This document shows positions 8,709 through 18,063 of a stretch of DNA of 47,831 nt, one piece after another; positions within the stretch are counted from its first letter, which is position 1; the number at the start of each line of letters is the position of its first letter. The notes under the pieces are model-generated. The model searched no databases, was not told where the DNA came from, and saw only the letters and a list, made by a program, of their open reading frames with translations. The position numbers were made by a program, and so were the translations under genes. The stretch is from Thermoproteota archaeon (lineage in GTDB: Archaea > Thermoproteota > Thermoprotei_A > Sulfolobales > Desulfurococcaceae): the NCBI GenBank assembly GCA_013154205.1, contig JAADCY010000146.1, positions 1 to 47,831 of the forward strand, read 5' to 3'.

Positions 8709-9598
8709 TAGCCGTGCAGGTACTGGTTCGTAAGCCTATAAATACGCAGTATAAGGCCCAGATACCCCGTCAAGCCGATATACGCTTTCTCGGCCAAGTA
8801 TATCTCGACCCAGAAACCGTGGCGGAGACCCCGGACGGAAAAATAGTCGTAGTAGCTCTACCGGTCGATACCCAGGGCGTGAACAAGCCACGTAGCATCT
8901 ACTACCTCGTCATAGACCTAGACACACTGGCCGAGAAAGGTATAGACAAAGCAGTAGTGGACAAGGGAAGCCTATCCACAGATCCCCTCGAAGCTCTCAA
9001 GAAATACATGAGAATACTAAAGAAATACCAAGCTACACCTCCACGTAGACTCGTAGATATCTATGAGCTGAGCCGTATGGTGCCCCGCACACAGAGCATC
9101 ACCATGATGCCGAGCCGTACCGCCCTAGAGTACGCGATACTCTTCAACAGCAGTGGACACCAGTATGGTGAATCCGAGGGCTTCCTAGACACGATACGTG
9201 ACACCCTAGCCCTCATGAGGGGAGAACCACTACTGAAACCAGAGCTCCTACGCCACGAGAACGGCATAACATGGATCGTGACACCGGGAGCAAAGGCCCC
9301 GTTCCTAGGTGCCACGGACTTCCTAGAAGCAGTAGAAAAGCTCGGAAAACTAGAACCACTAGAACTACCCGGGCGCGGCAAGGGATACCTATCCGTTGTC
9401 AAAGCCCTCAGAGAGCGGGGACGTGACCTAGGCGGGTGGAGCAACATAGTGGCAAAATGGATACAGCTCGTCGGTAAACCATTAAAGGCCTATATACTGT
9501 ACACGGAGAAGCCCGGCCTATACCCCGAGTACTTGGTGCTGGTAGGAAAGAATGGGAAAACACTATTGGTTAAAACATGGAAAACACTAGGATGGTGA
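8702..9598 (+). CDS. Hypothetical protein
   Basis: ORF track, 298 aa. Overlaps the upstream stop. Confidence 0.7.
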   Translation: MVIAVQVLVRKPINTQYKAQIPRQADIRFLGQVYLDPETVAETPDGKIVVVALPVDTQGVNKPRSIYYLVIDLDTLAEKGIDKAVVDKGSLSTDPLEALKKYMRILKKYQATPPRRLVDIYELSRMVPRTQSITMMPSRTALEYAILFNSSGHQYGESEGFLDTIRDTLALMRGEPLLKPELLRHENGITWIVTPGAKAPFLGATDFLEAVEKLGKLEPLELPGRGKGYLSVVKALRERGRDLGGWSNIVAKWIQLVGKPLKAYILYTEKPGLYPEYLVLVGKNGKTLLVKTWKTLGW

Positions 9599-9829
9599 TT
9601 GGATATGACAGGCGTAACTTATGCGGATGATTTCATAGTTGATACATCAGAATATAATACATCTAGAGTTAAATCGAAATCTAGAACACCAATAGATTAT
9701 ATACGTTTATCACCACCAATTGCAAACAATATAGTTGTTCAACCATACATTGTTTATAATGAAGTTTATAATGAACTAAAAAGACATGGATTTCCTCCAA
9801 TAATGGTGTGGAGACAAATAGACAAATAA
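9599..9829 (+). CDS. Hypothetical protein (TTG start, or ATG at 9605)
   Basis: ORF track, 76 aa. Marks the beginning of a low-GC island. Confidence 0.45.
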   Translation: MDMTGVTYADDFIVDTSEYNTSRVKSKSRTPIDYIRLSPPIANNIVVQPYIVYNEVYNELKRHGFPPIMVWRQIDK

Positions 9830-9835
9830 AGAAAT

Positions 9836-9934
9836 ATGAAAACGATAGGGATATTAAAGATAGCGGAAAAACTCAGTGAAAAAGGAATAAAAGTAAGTGA
9901 AGCAACTGTATATCGTATAATAAAAACATTATGA
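9836..9934 (+). CDS. Stand-alone helix-turn-helix mini-ORF, 32 aa (possible remnant)
   Basis: My own translation: MKTIGILKIAEKLSEKGIKVSEATVYRIIKTL. Resembles the C-terminal HTH of the serine recombinase at 39083..39694 (IKRIAERLGVSRATVYRYLKRVG). Confidence 0.3.
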   Translation: MKTIGILKIAEKLSEKGIKVSEATVYRIIKTL

Positions 9935-10882
9935 GGATAGTTTAACAACAATATCATCCAGGTCAGTTCTTATAACCTTATTTTTTAAAATTGCTTGCAT
10001 TATTGCTTGCATTGCTATATTTATTGCTGTATCCTTGTCAAGTTTGTCAAGTACTGGTAACTCTAGTAGTCTATCCTTTGTTTCTTCATCAACTTCAATG
10101 GTGATTCCAACTTTGGCTATTATTTTTCTGTTGTCTTGGTTTTTATTCTCTTTTTTATTCTCTATCTCTACTGTTTTTGTTTTCTCCTCTTTCTCCTCTA
10201 GATCTTTTAACTCCTCATATAGTTTTTTAAACTCCTCTTTAAGTTTCTGCTCATGGACTTCCTCTATTTTTGTTTTTAATTCATACTTAAATTCTCTTAT
10301 TATATTATTGTACTCTATGATTACATATTTTTTCGGTAATAATCTGTAACCTTTTACAAAACTATAGAATTCACCACCACCATGCTGGCAACAGAAGTAA
10401 GGACAAAGTACGTCATCCTCCTTACATTCATCACAAAGATTCTTCTCACACCTTTCTGTCGATTTCAATAATGCAAATCCGTAGTGTAGGCCAATCGAAG
10501 TACACTTACCTACGTATTTTGGCGGTACAGTACCTGGTGGTGCCACTATGATGTCATCGTAGTCGAAACGTCCACACGTTATTTTGTCGTCTGCCAACTC
10601 GAAATATCTTTTAGCGATGTTAAAAAGCCGGTCATACTTTTCGCATCTCTCAGCAATTTTAGCAATTTCTTCTCTATTTATTACAATATTACGAATACTG
10701 AATAGTTGGCTGATAACAAAATCAATAACGGTTTTAGGGTTTTGGATATTTTGAATTGGAATTCGGTTACCATATAATGATATATATAATTGATTAACAA
10801 TAAGATCAAGAAGATTATTAAGATCCTTGGAGTTAGAGTTTGAGTTTTTAGAGTTTTGTACCCTTTTCACGTTTTTCACCAT
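9929..10882 (-). CDS. Cys-rich / coiled-coil hypothetical protein in a low-GC island
   Basis: ORF track, 317 aa, N/K/I/E-rich. Cys cluster (CEKNLCDECKEDDVLCPYFCC), K/E coiled coil, and a C-terminal RHH-like segment (VGITIEVDEETKDRLLEL...AINIAMQAIMQAIL). Confidence 0.7.
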   Translation of the reverse strand: MVKNVKRVQNSKNSNSNSKDLNNLLDLIVNQLYISLYGNRIPIQNIQNPKTVIDFVISQLFSIRNIVINREEIAKIAERCEKYDRLFNIAKRYFELADDKITCGRFDYDDIIVAPPGTVPPKYVGKCTSIGLHYGFALLKSTERCEKNLCDECKEDDVLCPYFCCQHGGGEFYSFVKGYRLLPKKYVIIEYNNIIREFKYELKTKIEEVHEQKLKEEFKKLYEELKDLEEKEEKTKTVEIENKKENKNQDNRKIIAKVGITIEVDEETKDRLLELPVLDKLDKDTAINIAMQAIMQAILKNKVIRTDLDDIVVKLSS

Positions 10883-10916
10883 TTCTAGTTATATATCTAG
10901 AAAGATATAAAAAGAT
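10871..10916 (-). promoter_or_regulatory. Promoter/operator cassette copy A (TATA plus TTCTAG-N8-CTAGAA dyad plus GGTGAAAAAC)
   Basis: The minus strand reads CTTTTTATATC-TTTCTAGATATATAACTAGAAATGGTGAAAAAC. It matches 36537..36569 at 30 of 33 positions. Confidence 0.6.
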
Positions 10917-10939
10917 TAACTATATAGATGCTCCAAGAA

Positions 10940-11476
10940 CTATATAGGCAGTACCTTCTCTACCAGTAACGGCTCATGAGCCAATATATACTGTGCTATA
11001 GCCCTCCTGATAGCCTCGCCAACACTAATACCCTGCCTTCTAGCCAACCGGTACAACCGCTCCATGAGCTCCTCCGTAGCCTTAAACGTGTAAACCCTCA
11101 TCTCCCTAGCATGTCGTGTGATCTTAAACGGGTTTTTACCCATGTTTTTCTCGACATAATAGGCTGTCAGCATCGCCAGAGCGGCGATCGTCTTTGTACT
11201 ATGTACTGATAACGTGCGACGTATAATATTGATTAGCTCTATCTCTCTCCTATTATTATATGATGATAAATATATATCATGCGTACTACCATCATGATAT
11301 CCTGGATCATATATTTGTTCACCATATATATCATGGAGAGCTTCTATTATGTATTTCAAGCCGTAGCGTAGATAGTGTCTATAGCCGAAGCTGTCACCGG
11401 CCTCGTAGTTGAAAAAACTAGTTATTTTTGCCGGAAGCGGTATGCGCATGTATGGTTTGTCTAAATTATATTTCAT
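10940..11476 (-). CDS. Protein with C-terminal ribbon-helix-helix (CopG-like) domain
   Basis: The C-terminus MRVYTFKATEELMERLYRLARRQGISVGEAIRRAIAQYI is a canonical RHH. Abuts the stop of 11477..12337. Confidence 0.7.
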   Translation of the reverse strand: MKYNLDKPYMRIPLPAKITSFFNYEAGDSFGYRHYLRYGLKYIIEALHDIYGEQIYDPGYHDGSTHDIYLSSYNNRREIELINIIRRTLSVHSTKTIAALAMLTAYYVEKNMGKNPFKITRHAREMRVYTFKATEELMERLYRLARRQGISVGEAIRRAIAQYILAHEPLLVEKVLPI

Positions 11477-12337
11477 CTAGACCACCAGTTTCACGTCTAT
11501 ACCCTTGCCCGGCACACGTCCCTGTCCCTGTGTCTTGTATATTCTTACCTCGAATAATTTGGTCTGCGGCGGATAGCGGCGCGATATATTAGCGTAGACA
11601 CCGCATATGGTTTCCTGTCCGGGCACTACTCGTTCCCGTAGCGTTATCCATTTCTCCTTGACCGCAAACCTTGACTTACCGCCGAACGGTAGTAGTTCGA
11701 AGTCGCTCTTCACGTTCTTGCCGAACGGACTGCTGGGCTGGTCTATTACTAATACCTGTGCTTTGGCCACGTTAGCGAATATCTTGAGCTTCATTGCTAG
11801 CTGTGTCAGTATGCTCAGTATCCTTCCACGCTCATCCATAGATGCGACCGCGAATTTCTGGAATATTGGGAACCCGATGCTGTCTATTATGTAGAGGTCG
11901 AAAGTCTTGCTGTAGATATCCCCGTTGCTCAGCGGAGGCTTGGCGTGTTCTTTCTTGGTGCTTGGATCCGCTATTTTCTGCACTAGGTTGATGAAGGTGT
12001 CCGGGTTAGGCTGGTATATGTATAGTATGTTGCCATAGTTTTTGAACTCGTCCTCATCAAGGTTTTTCTCCGTGTCGATATAGAGCACGGTCTTGCCTAG
12101 ACGTGCATAGTACTTGGCGAGCCAGATGGCGAACGATGTCTTACCCGTACCGGTGTCACCATACAGCATGAATATATCGTAACCCACTACTTTTAGGAGC
12201 CATTTATAGATAGTGTCTGGTATGGTCGATTGTTGTTGCTGTTGCTGTTGCTTAGAGCCTTGACTGGTATTGAGCTGGACATGTCTTTGGGGTTGGGCCT
12301 TAGGGTTTGAGGCCATGTTTTTAGGCTTTAGGCTCAC
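11477..12337 (-). CDS. RecA/RadA-superfamily (RadB/KaiC-like) ATPase
   Basis: Walker A YGDTGTGKTSF, then LGKTVLYIDTE, and Walker B DLYIIDSIG. N-terminal poly-Q tract (QQQQQQQ). Confidence 0.8.
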   Translation of the reverse strand: MSLKPKNMASNPKAQPQRHVQLNTSQGSKQQQQQQQSTIPDTIYKWLLKVVGYDIFMLYGDTGTGKTSFAIWLAKYYARLGKTVLYIDTEKNLDEDEFKNYGNILYIYQPNPDTFINLVQKIADPSTKKEHAKPPLSNGDIYSKTFDLYIIDSIGFPIFQKFAVASMDERGRILSILTQLAMKLKIFANVAKAQVLVIDQPSSPFGKNVKSDFELLPFGGKSRFAVKEKWITLRERVVPGQETICGVYANISRRYPPQTKLFEVRIYKTQGQGRVPGKGIDVKLVV

Positions 12338-12350
12338 AGGTGTTCACCTC

Positions 12351-13034
12351 CTACTTATTATTATTTAGCTGTGAATCTGTGTTTAGGAGCCAGTAACGGT
12401 ACTTCCTACAAATAATGTTGTAGGGACAGTTATCACACTCCCATGCCACGTCCGGGCCCCTTGGCGGCAACTCCTTCTTGATACTGGATATCAGTATATT
12501 GGCACGGTGTAGTGTTTCTTGCCAGAGCTTCTCATCCGGGTAGCCCGGCGTGGCCTCGACCACTAGGCGGCGCTTATCCACTATTATGAGCCAATACATC
12601 TCAGCACCAACCATCTTCGCATAGGCGTTAGCCTGCATAATATACATTGGCTTCGCATCCGTCTCCGGGTTCCCGAACTTGAACTCATACACCACGTTAT
12701 CGTGTAGCATGTCTATCCTTCCCTTCAACACCCAGCCCCCACCGAGGCTGTGCTCGACGGGTACCTCGTACTCGGCGCCACGGAACGTGTTGCCGAGCAC
12801 CTTGGGGAGGAGCTCGTGGAGTGCTTTCCCTATAAGGACGGAGGAGTTAGCGGTTATCGGGTGGGCGTTGAACACTATGTTAAAGAACGCTTTACGGAGA
12901 CAATTTGTTACCTCGGTCACATAGATGTCTCCCGGGTTACGGGGCCGTAGATCATATGTTGTTAGGGCCCGCCTGATAAGGGCTTCGAGGCGACTCTTCT
13001 CCCTTAGAAGCTCCTCATCCATCAAGCCCACCAT
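12351..13034 (-). CDS. Cas4-like PD-(D/E)xK exonuclease with 4-Cys cluster
   Basis: N-terminal Cys (VTNCLRKAFF), GKALHE, RIDML, YEFKF (D...ExK), QANAY (QxxxY), and C-terminal CDNCPYNIIC. Confidence 0.85.
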   Translation of the reverse strand: MVGLMDEELLREKSRLEALIRRALTTYDLRPRNPGDIYVTEVTNCLRKAFFNIVFNAHPITANSSVLIGKALHELLPKVLGNTFRGAEYEVPVEHSLGGGWVLKGRIDMLHDNVVYEFKFGNPETDAKPMYIMQANAYAKMVGAEMYWLIIVDKRRLVVEATPGYPDEKLWQETLHRANILISSIKKELPPRGPDVAWECDNCPYNIICRKYRYWLLNTDSQLNNNK

Positions 13035-13036
13035 AT

Positions 13037-13375
13037 TTATCCCCTCACGGCTATGCTCATAAGGTGCTTAGCTATCATGTCGAAGGGAGCCTTAGCCATA
13101 ACAAGAGTGCCAACACCCTTGACGCCTACAACCACCACTACAGGCTCCCCGGTCTCCCCCACGAGACCGACACGATACTCTGCGACATATCCCCCGTCAC
13201 CGGTGTGGAGATCACGGTGCACACTATGCTTATCAACACCGGTCACAACACCTATGTCACGACGGACAATATCGTCTATACGTATATGTTCTAGATAGCG
13301 TTTTATCAAGACAGTGTTCACGCCGTGCTGGTATATGCCCCGGGCAAGCATAGTCATACCGGTACACCCCATCAT
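13037..13375 (-). CDS. Hypothetical protein
   Basis: ORF track, 112 aa, in an operon between the SSB-like and Cas4-like genes. Confidence 0.55.
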   Translation of the reverse strand: MMGCTGMTMLARGIYQHGVNTVLIKRYLEHIRIDDIVRRDIGVVTGVDKHSVHRDLHTGDGGYVAEYRVGLVGETGEPVVVVVGVKGVGTLVMAKAPFDMIAKHLMSIAVRG

Positions 13376-13383
13376 GGTTACAC

Positions 13384-14016
13384 CTAGACGTTCTCGGGTG
13401 CCGGGAGATCCTCGGGTATATCGACATCTACCGTGTTGTCCTCCTCGGCCTCAGGCTCGACACCGGCTTGTTGTTCCTCTACCGGTTGTTCTCCCTGTTC
13501 CGTGTTCTGCTCCGTTGCCGCTTGCTCGTCGAGCGGTATATAGCCCCATACATTTACAGATGACAGTACACGGCCATCCGGCATCTCACGCTCCTTCTTC
13601 TTACCAACAACAATAATAATATCCCCGGCGAAACTATCAGCTATGTACTCGGCATCATCCCTGTTGTCGAAGAACAGGCTTATCCACTCATTAGTGTTAG
13701 GATCTAGTGCCCCTATCTTGTAGTTGCCGCTGGCTGTCTCCTTGATTATCACCTTTGTCGGTATGGCTACTACCATTACATCTACTACTATGCCGTTGCC
13801 GAGAGTATATGTTGTGGAATAACTATTTGTTGCTTGGAGCTCTGCCACTACCTGGTCACGTATCATTCCGAGTTCTTCCTTGCTTACGCGTTTCTTGGAG
13901 GCATAGGTTACTACTTCGCAGATGCGCTCTATCCATGCCTTGTTAAATCCCTTGCTAGTGTAATACTCGATACATTGGTTCTTGGATTTGAACCTGGGCA
14001 TACGGGTTTCACCCAT
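13384..14016 (-). CDS. Possible OB-fold ssDNA-binding protein with acidic C-terminal tail
   Basis: ORF track, 210 aa. Beta-rich core (VVDVMVVAIPTKVIIKETASGNYKIGALD...IIIVVGKKKEREMPDGRVLSSVNVWGYIPL) followed by a very acidic tail (EEQQAGVEPEAEEDNTVDVDIPEDLP). The function is inferred from this architecture and from the neighbouring genes. Confidence 0.6.
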   Translation of the reverse strand: MGETRMPRFKSKNQCIEYYTSKGFNKAWIERICEVVTYASKKRVSKEELGMIRDQVVAELQATNSYSTTYTLGNGIVVDVMVVAIPTKVIIKETASGNYKIGALDPNTNEWISLFFDNRDDAEYIADSFAGDIIIVVGKKKEREMPDGRVLSSVNVWGYIPLDEQAATEQNTEQGEQPVEEQQAGVEPEAEEDNTVDVDIPEDLPAPENV

Positions 14017-14105
14017 TCTATATATATGGCTAGAGAAGGTATTTAAGCCGGGGGTGCCCGAAACTAGGGATGGAGAAAAGTGAAAGTATTACCTTTTGTA
14101 AAAAA

Positions 14106-14567
14106 TCATCGCCTTACACGGGCAACAACCGGTACTGGGACAGGCTTCCATACACGTGGCGACGGCGTCGGCCTTACACGTACAGCCGTAGCGATCCCCA
14201 TCCTTACCAGCTCGTTGGCTACACGCTTAGCGTTCGGCCCCGTCAATACCGGTATAGCCCACGACGGGAGCTTCAAATGCCTATAGACATACTCTACTAG
14301 CTGTTTAACCTCCTGTGTAAGCTGAGGATTGTGATAGTGCTTCTTACTCAACGCTATCAGATAGAATAACCGCTCCCGGAACAACGCCTTATCCATCGGT
14401 ATCCGTTGTCCCCTACTATTATATGTCCATCCACGCTTATAGTCACGGAGAATAAGGGCCGCTATCCCCGCCGCCGTGACAGGGTTCACGCCATACCCGG
14501 GAACCCATACACCCTCGTTTCTTGCATATGCAGACAAATGCCCCTCATACTTGTTCATACGAACCAT
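14106..14567 (-). CDS. Hypothetical protein
   Basis: ORF track, 153 aa. 1-nt overlap with the upstream VT-repeat gene. T-run downstream. Confidence 0.65.
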   Translation of the reverse strand: MVRMNKYEGHLSAYARNEGVWVPGYGVNPVTAAGIAALILRDYKRGWTYNSRGQRIPMDKALFRERLFYLIALSKKHYHNPQLTQEVKQLVEYVYRHLKLPSWAIPVLTGPNAKRVANELVRMGIATAVRVRPTPSPRVWKPVPVPVVARVRR

Positions 14568-14884
14568 TACACTGCCACCCTACGCACAGCTAATTCCTTC
14601 TTATGTGTGGCTTCAAGCTCGGAGGAAGGGGTGGGGGAATGCACTACCTGGTGCAATACAACTGTGTTGAAGTAAGTATGAATCCGTGTGACTGGCTTAG
14701 TAATATATACTGTCCTATAATGGGTTACGTACACAGTATTTAGATGTGTAACTATATCGCTCACAATATCCGATACATGCGTAGATATAATGGTTGGATG
14801 AACAACCTTTGTAATTGTACTAGTAACAATACTGGTAATAGTACCTGTTTCGGGAGTTACAGCTACATTTACCAAGACCCCCAC
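14567..14884 (-). CDS. VT-repeat family protein (paralog 2)
   Basis: ORF track, 105 aa: ITSIVTSTITKVVHPTIISTHVSDIVSDIVTHLNTVYVTHYRTVYITKPVTRIHTY. Confidence 0.55.
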   Translation of the reverse strand: MGVLVNVAVTPETGTITSIVTSTITKVVHPTIISTHVSDIVSDIVTHLNTVYVTHYRTVYITKPVTRIHTYFNTVVLHQVVHSPTPSSELEATHKKELAVRRVAV

Positions 14885-14921
14885 CCCTATAAATGACTAG
14901 GAGATACTGTATATTTATTTA

Positions 14922-17354
14922 TCACGTATAGCTCCCCTCGACAACCCTGTCGTACTTAGCCTTGATAATATCCATGAGCCGGTCATGAGGCAACACTATA
15001 GCCTCATCAATAGCACGATAGACATTGTTCTTCAGTACTTTCTTAACAAACCAGAGCGGCTCCGACCTGTACATCTCGTAGCGGCGCTCCGCATGATCAC
15101 GCAGATACTTTATATCATCCGCTATATCGATCACTATCGCCCTGTCCTTACCTGGATAACGCCTTATAACACGGCCTATGCGCTGGAAAGCCTTAACCCT
15201 GCTCTTACCCGCCCTTACAATCATTAATGATTTAAGATTCGGTATATCGAGGCCCTCATCCGCCACAGTAGTACCGATCAAAACGTCTAGGCGGCCCTCA
15301 CGTATATCCTTCAACAACTTCCTGCGCCGCTTACCCGAGAGCTCGCCATGAATAAACTCAACATTAATACCGGCCTCCCTCATAGCGTCACGGAGTACTT
15401 TGCCATGATCCTTGAACTCGACAAGCACTAGGACTGGCTTATAGCCTTTCTCGACAAGATACTTAGCCACACTAGCTATGTACTTATTGCGGTATTCGTC
15501 AAAATAGACCGTACGACGTACCTCTGTGTACCGGTTGCCCCGAGCCCAACGGAGCTCCTCATCCTTCTCGCGCTCCACGGGATCACTGTACTCCACCATG
15601 AATATGAACGGGGGCACTAGGAAGCCACGGGCTATTAGCTCGCTACTCGTAATCTTTCTGTCCACAATACTCCCGATACTGGCATATATCAACATGTCGT
15701 GGTCGTCGTCACGCCACGGCGTAGCAGACAAGCCAACCCTAAGAGCATCCTTGTTAGCGAGGACAGTATAACGGATGGTCTTGGCCGGGACATGCTGTAC
15801 CTCATCAAAAACTACTAGACCAGCATTGTTCACATAGTCGTCAGCCAGTAACCGCTTCTGTTGCTCCTTCAAAGGAACCTCGTCAAGCCTTACACCTTCC
15901 TCAGGCTTATCGCTCAGGCCACGAAGCTCTTTCTTCTCCTCCTCCGAGAGCTCCTTATACTTCTGCAGAGCCTTATAGAGGCTCTGAACAGTAACCGCAA
16001 CCACCGGCTTATCTAGGTCGAACTCGTCCCCGGTAACCACGCCTACCGGGATACCGTATTTCTTGCATCGCTCGGCGAACTGGTAGACCAAGTCCTTAGT
16101 GGTCGCGAGGAAATATACTTTCCGCTTACCGTTCAGCAAGCCCTTCTCCAGCAACGGTAGCAGACGTGATATGAGATCTATGGCGACCTCGGTCTTCCCC
16201 GCACCCGTAGCCGCCCAGAGCGTGGCCCCGCCGTTCATGCTTAGATACTCAAGCATCTTAGCCTCAGCCTCAAGCTGGTATGGACGGAGAGTCTTCACCA
16301 CTCCGCCAAGCGGTTTATCCCATAGGTTCTCCGCAATCCACACCGCATAGGGATGAAGCTTCACGTTCACGCCGTTATCCCGTAGAAAACGATATATCGC
16401 GTACACCATGCCGCGCGGCACAAGGATCAGCCAACGGCCACGCTCATCCTTACCCCAGCGCCACACACGGCGCTCCCTATCAACCATCTCGTGGAGATCA
16501 CGGTCATAGACACGGTACGTATAGGTAAGCCTATCCTGTACCTTCCTGACCAGCTCCCGTGGCATCATATATGCCGGCAATGCATAATAGTTCGGATCAT
16601 CCCTGTACGGCTTAAAATCAATGCTCGGCCCACTCACCACATAGTTTTCGAGATCCCCACCCCATATACTACGCAGTATATCTATAAAGCCTCTCGGCCC
16701 AACAAGCCTTGAACCCCCATGCCTGAGTACAAGCTCAACACTTACCGGGTAGCCTTCAAGCTCACGTAGAGCCTGAAGCGCCTGTGACGGGCTCCGCAGA
16801 AAGACTTGGGGGCTAAACACGTTGGTATAGCCGTTCCACACGAAGCCCGCCCGACGCATCTTCTCCCTAAACGTGTTGAAATCCTCGATATACCGGTTCT
16901 TACGCAGTTCAACGGATTCAATGCTCTCATTATATTTTTTCACGAGATCTTGTAGCGAGACCTGTTTCTCCGGGTTAAGCTTTTTCAGCACACTAGATAG
17001 TACGGTCTCATAGTACTGCTTAGCAAGACTCATATCATCGTTACTGAACAGCCTGGAATAATCAATACTCCCCAGCACGGAGAGCCATGGGCCACGAGCC
17101 CTTTTCCACCTGCCTATCAGGCGCTCAGCCTTAACCGGCTTGACCTCCGCGTCAAGACCAAGTATATCCACGCCCACACCGCGTCGCCTAATCCACTTCT
17201 CAAGACCAGCAATACTGGTCGCGGGATACACGTTTTTGCTCTCCATACGTATATCCTGTGCTCTACTGCGGCGAGAACGCTCATACCATATCTCAAGAGC
17301 CCGTTGCCACAGCCTGCGTAGCTCCTCCTCCCGCTCTACAGAAGTACGAGCCAC
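14922..17354 (-). CDS. Large SF2 (DExH, XPB/type-III-res-like) helicase with about 370-aa N-terminal extension
   Basis: Motif I ATGAGKTEVA, motif II VVFDEVQH, motif III GLSATPWR, motif V TTVADEGLDIPN, motif VI AFQRIGRVIRR. Confidence 0.9.
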   Translation of the reverse strand: MARTSVEREEELRRLWQRALEIWYERSRRSRAQDIRMESKNVYPATSIAGLEKWIRRRGVGVDILGLDAEVKPVKAERLIGRWKRARGPWLSVLGSIDYSRLFSNDDMSLAKQYYETVLSSVLKKLNPEKQVSLQDLVKKYNESIESVELRKNRYIEDFNTFREKMRRAGFVWNGYTNVFSPQVFLRSPSQALQALRELEGYPVSVELVLRHGGSRLVGPRGFIDILRSIWGGDLENYVVSGPSIDFKPYRDDPNYYALPAYMMPRELVRKVQDRLTYTYRVYDRDLHEMVDRERRVWRWGKDERGRWLILVPRGMVYAIYRFLRDNGVNVKLHPYAVWIAENLWDKPLGGVVKTLRPYQLEAEAKMLEYLSMNGGATLWAATGAGKTEVAIDLISRLLPLLEKGLLNGKRKVYFLATTKDLVYQFAERCKKYGIPVGVVTGDEFDLDKPVVAVTVQSLYKALQKYKELSEEEKKELRGLSDKPEEGVRLDEVPLKEQQKRLLADDYVNNAGLVVFDEVQHVPAKTIRYTVLANKDALRVGLSATPWRDDDHDMLIYASIGSIVDRKITSSELIARGFLVPPFIFMVEYSDPVEREKDEELRWARGNRYTEVRRTVYFDEYRNKYIASVAKYLVEKGYKPVLVLVEFKDHGKVLRDAMREAGINVEFIHGELSGKRRRKLLKDIREGRLDVLIGTTVADEGLDIPNLKSLMIVRAGKSRVKAFQRIGRVIRRYPGKDRAIVIDIADDIKYLRDHAERRYEMYRSEPLWFVKKVLKNNVYRAIDEAIVLPHDRLMDIIKAKYDRVVEGSYT

Positions 17355-17438
17355 TATCCCACACCTATAATAGAATTAGCGATATAACATATATAACTAT
17401 GAAGAAAACAAGAACCCGGAAAACCCAGCCGGGAAAAA

Positions 17439-17681
17439 CTATGTTGTAGTAATAAGCTTCTTCAAGACCCGGGCCAGCTCCTCAGAGCTCACCGCGACAG
17501 GCTTACCATGCGTGCTGAACAGCTCCGTGTGGCGGGCCACGACCTGTGTAACAACATGTGTCACGCCCTTATCGTCCACATAGGTGCTGAGCTTATAGTA
17601 GTTCGTGACAACACCCTTGGTGACATACTTGGTCGCATAACGGGTTACGGCCCGGGTCACGTAGAGCGTGGGAATACTCAT
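17439..17681 (-). CDS. VT-repeat family protein (paralog 3)
   Basis: ORF track, 80 aa: LYVTRAVTRYATKYVTKGVVTNYY...GVTHVVTQVV. Confidence 0.6.
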   Translation of the reverse strand: MSIPTLYVTRAVTRYATKYVTKGVVTNYYKLSTYVDDKGVTHVVTQVVARHTELFSTHGKPVAVSSEELARVLKKLITTT

Positions 17682-17694
17682 GTCTTACCACCCT

Positions 17695-18063
17695 TTAGAC
17701 CGCCATGTAAACAGTTATAATTATGGCTACGGCCACGACAATGGCTAGGTAGGCCGGAGTAGTGATTATCTTGAGAAGTATCTGCATAACCGGCATCAAC
17801 GCATCAATGATCTGCTGGAACAATGACTGAGAAGGCTTGTTTAGGACGCCGGTGTAGTTGCCGAGCTCTATGGTCTCGTTACCAGCCACCGTGACGTTAG
17901 GGTCTACCTTGTGCAGGGCCTGCATAGCCGTATAGTGTATCGTGGAGGTCACGTTGAACAGTATCGCGAAACTATAGCCTAGAAACCCCGCTATATACGA
18001 TACGAACAGCGACAGTATGATCCCCGCCACGATGGCCGTAGCGATAGTCCAGCGGCTCGTCAC
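17695..18063 (-). CDS. Membrane protein
   Basis: ORF track, 122 aa with N- and C-terminal TM helices. 4-nt overlap with 18060..18476. Confidence 0.65.
   Translation of the reverse strand: MTSRWTIATAIVAGIILSLFVSYIAGFLGYSFAILFNVTSTIHYTAMQALHKVDPNVTVAGNETIELGNYTGVLNKPSQSLFQQIIDALMPVMQILLKIITTPAYLAIVVAVAIIITVYMAV

Noticed and set aside
14044-14075. tRNA-like start GCCGGGGGTGCCCGAAACTAGGG.
   Set aside because: I could not build acceptor, D and T arms, and there is no matching 3' acceptor strand. It lies in a promoter/terminator gap.
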